From the NCBI GenBank assembly GCA_902522825.1, contig CABYXE010000004.1, forward strand, positions 19,364 to 83,363: 64,000 nucleotides of DNA, read 5' to 3'. How positions within the stretch are numbered: position 1 is the stretch's first letter; each line of letters starts with the position of its first letter. The position numbers were made by a program, and so were the translations under genes. Below are positions 60,275 through 64,000 of this stretch, piece by piece. The notes beneath the pieces are model-generated. The model had not been told where the DNA came from. It saw only the letters and a list, made by a program, of their open reading frames with translations, and did not search any database. The stretch is from an uncultured SAR86 cluster bacterium. GTDB lineage: Bacteria > Pseudomonadota > Gammaproteobacteria > Magnimaribacterales > AG-339-G14.

Positions 60275-61119
60275 GGCAACACAAGAAGAATTTTTGTTCC
60301 TGAATCAAAATTTATTAAAGATTTAACTTCGACTTTAAGTGAAGATTCATCTTCTAAGTTAGAAATATTTATAACATTTCCTATTAAAAAACCTTTGGGG
60401 TATTTGCCTCCTAAACCAGAAGTAAAAATTTTATCATTTAAGGTAACGTTTGAATTATTTTTAAAGTTTTTAATTAAAAGCGTGTTTCTCTCTCCGGTGC
60501 CTTCTAGAATAATATTTTGATTAGTTCTTTGAATTAGACCTGGAATATTAACTTTTTTTTCATAAATTGGAATAATGTCAACATATCCCGGAAATATTTT
60601 ATCAACCAATCCTACTAACCCATTCATACTTATAGCAACCATCTTTTCTGATATTTCATTAGCATTTGTTTCTATGCTGATTGATTCTTTTGGAAAAGAA
60701 GATATGTTAGTAATTTCTCCTACCACTGATTTAGAAATTTTTGGCTTCTTTGTGTAATTCATCAATAAAAGCAATTCTTCATTTTCTTTTGCAAGCTGCT
60801 CCAACTTCAATAATTCAAAATTTAATAATTCAATCTCTTCATTTTTCTTATCAAGATCATTTAAAAGCTTATATTGAGAAGTAAAGAAAAGGCTTATTTC
60901 TCTAGAAAATTGAGAAGAAGATTGAGATAGGTTTTTTAAAGGAGAAAAGGTTTCTAGAAATATAAATTTAATCTCTTTTCCAAGACTAAAATTAAAATCA
61001 AGAGTGAGAATGATTATGGTCGCAAATACTGAGGGTAAAAGTTTTGAGGCCCTCATAGAGCCTGTTGTAAAAATTGCGTTACTGGCTATTGAGGTTTGTT
61101 TGTGTTCTTTTTGGAACAT
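60271..61119 (-). CDS. mreC: rod shape-determining protein MreC
   Basis: N-terminal TM, coiled coil and a beta-barrel domain with TSGLGGKYPKGFLIG. Confidence 0.88.
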   Translation of the reverse strand: MFQKEHKQTSIASNAIFTTGSMRASKLLPSVFATIIILTLDFNFSLGKEIKFIFLETFSPLKNLSQSSSQFSREISLFFTSQYKLLNDLDKKNEEIELLNFELLKLEQLAKENEELLLLMNYTKKPKISKSVVGEITNISSFPKESISIETNANEISEKMVAISMNGLVGLVDKIFPGYVDIIPIYEKKVNIPGLIQRTNQNIILEGTGERNTLLIKNFKNNSNVTLNDKIFTSGLGGKYPKGFLIGNVINISNLEDESSLKVEVKSLINFDSGTKILLVLP

Positions 61120-61126
61120 ATTAAAT

Positions 61127-62173
61127 TTATTCCGTAGATAGAAGATCTACGTCATATTTATCTAATATATCAAGAGCTATTCCTCCACCTTTAGCTACAC
61201 AAGTTAAGGGGTCTTCAGCTACATATACAGGAATTCCTGTTTGGTCGGAAATCATTGCATCTAAATCTCTTAATAATGCACCGCCGCCAGTAAGGACAAT
61301 ACCTCTCTCTGAAATATCTGCACTTAATTCAGGAGGAGATTGCTCCAAAGCATTTCTTATAGATTGCAAAATAGCGGATAGAGGTCCAGAAATTGCCTCG
61401 TACACTTCCTTGCTATTTAAGTTGAGAGTGTTTGGAACACCTTCGGCTAAATTTCTTCCCCTAACTTCTAGGTTTAACTCTTCACTATCAGAAGATGCAC
61501 AACCTATTTTTTCTTTAATTCTTTCAGCTGTTGATTCGCCAATTAGTACTCCGTATTTTCTTCTCAAATAAGAAACAATTGATTCATTAAATCTATCTCC
61601 TCCAGTTTTTAAAGAACTTGAAAAAACAACTCCATTTAAAGCTAGGATAGCAATTTCAGTTGTCCCTCCCCCAATATCTACCACCATTGATCCCGATGCG
61701 TCTTCTACAGGTAGCCCAGCTCCGATTGCTGCAGCCATTGGTTCTTCAATTAGTCTTACTTCTCTTGCCCCTGCCTGCAAAGCTGATTCTCTTATTGCTC
61801 TCCTTTCTACTTGAGTTGATTGACAAGGCACACAAATAAGAATTCTTGGACTCGGTTTAAAAAAATTTTCGCCATGGACCAATTGAATAAAATGCTGCAA
61901 CATTTTCTCAGTAACCTGAAAATCAGCAATGACGCCATCTTTTAATGGCCTAATTGCTTCGATATTTCCAGGAACTCTCCCAAGCATTCTCTTGGCTTCA
62001 GAGCCTACTGCAACAACAGTTCTATGCCCATCTGCTTTTTTAATGGCAACCACTGAGGGCTCATCTAAAACTATTCCTTTGTCTTTAACAAAAACTAAAG
62101 TATTTGCTGTTCCCAAATCTATTGAAAGATCAGTAGAATAGAAGCCTTTTAAATATTTAAAAATTGATGCCAT
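61127..62173 (-). CDS. mreB: rod shape-determining actin homologue MreB
   Basis: [24 protein letters not shown] and LTGGGALL. Confidence 0.98.
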   Translation of the reverse strand: MASIFKYLKGFYSTDLSIDLGTANTLVFVKDKGIVLDEPSVVAIKKADGHRTVVAVGSEAKRMLGRVPGNIEAIRPLKDGVIADFQVTEKMLQHFIQLVHGENFFKPSPRILICVPCQSTQVERRAIRESALQAGAREVRLIEEPMAAAIGAGLPVEDASGSMVVDIGGGTTEIAILALNGVVFSSSLKTGGDRFNESIVSYLRRKYGVLIGESTAERIKEKIGCASSDSEELNLEVRGRNLAEGVPNTLNLNSKEVYEAISGPLSAILQSIRNALEQSPPELSADISERGIVLTGGGALLRDLDAMISDQTGIPVYVAEDPLTCVAKGGGIALDILDKYDVDLLSTE

Positions 62174-62212
62174 TAAAAAATTATTTTATCCACCAGAAAG
62201 TTATTGATCAAT

Positions 62213-62221
62213 TGCTATAAT
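62213..62221 (+). promoter_or_regulatory. candidate extended -10 promoter element (TGcTATAAT) for gatCAB
   Basis: The plus strand reads TGCTATAAT 20 nt upstream of the gatC ATG. There is no good -35. Confidence 0.3.
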
Positions 62222-62240
62222 AACCTTTTTATCAGTACAA

Positions 62241-62528
62241 ATGAAAATTTCCGAAGAAGTTCTAAATAACATTTCATCTTTATCAAAAATTAAAATTGAT
62301 GAAGATATCAAACCTAAACTCATAGAAGATTTAGAATCTATTTTATTAATGGTCGAAAAAATGAATAAAATTGATACTTCAAAAATAGAACCAATGAGCC
62401 ATCCCCTAGATGAAGCTAATAATCTAAGAGAAGATATAGCGATGCACGAAATTAAAAGAGATAATTATCAAAAATCTGCTCCTCAAACAGAAGATGGATT
62501 TTATTTAACTCCCAAAGTAATTGAATGA
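62241..62528 (+). CDS. gatC: Asp/Glu-tRNA amidotransferase subunit C
   Basis: 95 aa, first gene of gatCAB. Confidence 0.9.
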   Translation: MKISEEVLNNISSLSKIKIDEDIKPKLIEDLESILLMVEKMNKIDTSKIEPMSHPLDEANNLREDIAMHEIKRDNYQKSAPQTEDGFYLTPKVIE

Positions 62529-62529
62529 G

Positions 62530-63969
62530 ATGAAAGATTTAACTAACTTGAGCCTTTTAGAACAAATTGATGGATTGAATTCAAAAGAATTCTCTTCTGT
62601 TGAAATAACTTCTTCATATATAGAAAAAATTGAAGAACAAAATAAAATTTTAAATTGTTTTATATCGTTGAATGAAAATGCTTTAGAAGAGGCTAAAAAA
62701 TCTGATTCAAAAATAGCTAAAAATAAAGCTAACACTATGGAAGGAATTCCCATCGCACATAAAGATATCTTTTGTATTAAAGATCAAAAAACCACCTGTG
62801 GGTCAAAAATGCTAGAGAATTTTATTTCTCCATACTCATCTACCGTTTATGAAAAATTATTTAATTCGGGCACTGTTAACTTAGGTAAAACAAATATGGA
62901 TGAATTTGCAATGGGATCTTCGAATGAAACAAGTTTTTATGGAAATGTCCTTAACCCGATTGATCATGAAAGAGTCCCAGGTGGCTCCTCAGGTGGATCT
63001 GCAGCTGCGGTTGCTGCTCGCTTATGCTCATTTGCAACTGGAACTGATACGGGAGGATCTATAAGACAGCCAGCTGCTTTTTGCGGAATAACTGGGATAA
63101 AACCTACCTATGGAAGAGTTTCTAGATGGGGAATGATTGCTTTCGCTTCCAGTTTAGATCAAGGGGGAATTTTTGCTAATAGTGCTTTAGACGCTGCAAT
63201 AGCATTAGAAAACATTTCCGGATTTGATAAAAAAGATTCAACTTCATTGAATAAAAAAGTCCCTTCTTTTTTTAACGAAGCTTCGTCAACTAATAAAGAT
63301 CACATAGTAGGTATTCCACGAAGTATTATTGAAAATATTAAAGATAGCGAGGTAAAAAATAATTTTTATGATTCAGTAGAAATTTTAGAAAAATCTGGAA
63401 TAAAAACCAAGGAAATTGATCTTAAAAATATTGAATTTTCTCTACCAGTTTACTATGTAATAGCTCCCGCTGAGTGCTCTGCAAACTTGTCAAGATATGA
63501 TGGCGTAAGGTTTGGTCACAGGTGTGAAAACCCTAAAAATTTAGAAGACTTATATGCACGTTCAAGAGCTGAAGGATTTGGAGAGGAAGTTAAAAAGAGA
63601 ATATTAATTGGAACTTATTGCCTTTCTGCTGGTTACTACGATGCTTATTATATTAAAGCTCAAAAAGTAAGAAATCTAATAAAAGAAAGTTTTGTAAATG
63701 CTTTCAAGGAAGTTTCTTCTGTCATGATGCCAACAACTGCAAATGTATCTTTCAAACAAAATTCTATTCAAGATCCAGTAGAAATGTACGAGCAAGATAT
63801 CTATACAATCCCAGCAAATCTTGCGGGTCTTCCCGCAATATCTATCCCCTCTGGAAAAATTAATAATCTACCTCTTGGAATTCAATTTATTGGTAATTAT
63901 TTAAATGAAGGAAATATATTGAATTTATCTAATCTTTTTCAACAAAATACTAATTTTCATAATGAATAA
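62530..63969 (+). CDS. gatA: Asp/Glu-tRNA amidotransferase subunit A
   Basis: Amidase signature GGSSGGSAAAVAA...GTDTGGSIRQPAAFCG. I prefer the ATG at 62530 to the track's TTG at 62521. Confidence 0.96.
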   Translation: MKDLTNLSLLEQIDGLNSKEFSSVEITSSYIEKIEEQNKILNCFISLNENALEEAKKSDSKIAKNKANTMEGIPIAHKDIFCIKDQKTTCGSKMLENFISPYSSTVYEKLFNSGTVNLGKTNMDEFAMGSSNETSFYGNVLNPIDHERVPGGSSGGSAAAVAARLCSFATGTDTGGSIRQPAAFCGITGIKPTYGRVSRWGMIAFASSLDQGGIFANSALDAAIALENISGFDKKDSTSLNKKVPSFFNEASSTNKDHIVGIPRSIIENIKDSEVKNNFYDSVEILEKSGIKTKEIDLKNIEFSLPVYYVIAPAECSANLSRYDGVRFGHRCENPKNLEDLYARSRAEGFGEEVKKRILIGTYCLSAGYYDAYYIKAQKVRNLIKESFVNAFKEVSSVMMPTTANVSFKQNSIQDPVEMYEQDIYTIPANLAGLPAISIPSGKINNLPLGIQFIGNYLNEGNILNLSNLFQQNTNFHNE

Positions 63970-64000
63970 AGAATGGGAATCAGTTATCGGTTTAGAAGTC
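63962..64000 (+). CDS. gatB: Asp/Glu-tRNA amidotransferase subunit B, N-terminal 13 codons only (window edge)
   Basis: ATGAATAA overlap with the gatA stop. It translates as MNKEWESVIGLEV, the conserved GatB N-terminus. Confidence 0.8.
   Translation, partial: MNKEWESVIGLEV

Overview
The window is a visibly AT-rich, very gene-dense chromosomal segment. Summing the gaps in my annotation leaves only about 1 kb of 64 kb outside genes, and many neighbouring genes are separated by 1-8 nt or overlap. Gene content and order are gammaproteobacterial core: purC-bamC-dapA, bcp/perM/bepA, ybgC-tolQRAB-pal-cpoB-tRNA-Lys, aspS-yebC, cinA-recA, pyrG-kdsA-eno-ftsB-ispDF-surE-pcm, rpsF-rpsR-rplI-dnaB-alr, a complete dcw cluster, rsmI-rnpB-mraZ, rplM-rpsI-petABC-sspA, murA-hisGD, kdsD-lptCB, mreBCD and gatCAB. 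This fits a streamlined, probably marine, free-living gammaproteobacterium; that lineage guess is inference only. I see no mobile element, prophage, CRISPR array, toxin-antitoxin or recognisable defence island, so there is no obvious novel accessory system. What stands out is how the core has been remodelled. (1) ftsQ-ftsA-ftsZ sit between ftsL and ftsI inside the dcw cluster. (2) A 75-aa ORF retaining only the sigma-54 C-terminal RpoN box occupies the rpoN slot. (3) A small Hjc-like PD-(D/E)XK nuclease ORF sits where ruvCAB is expected. (4) Several proteins have lost domains: ProRS lacks INS, the DegS-like protease lacks PDZ, FtsQ lacks most of POTRA, and TolA and LpoA are short. (5) mlaC is an orphan and kdsC and lptA are missing from a locus otherwise syntenic with E. 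coli. (6) An uncharacterised protein with a twice-repeated E-x29-DEARH diiron motif lies between pyrG and alr. Non-coding features I can support are tRNA-Lys(UUU), RNase P RNA with its own promoter inside rsmI, a near-consensus LexA box at recA, and MraZ-type direct repeats upstream of mraZ. All protein calls rest on by-eye motif and synteny recognition; no database search was run.
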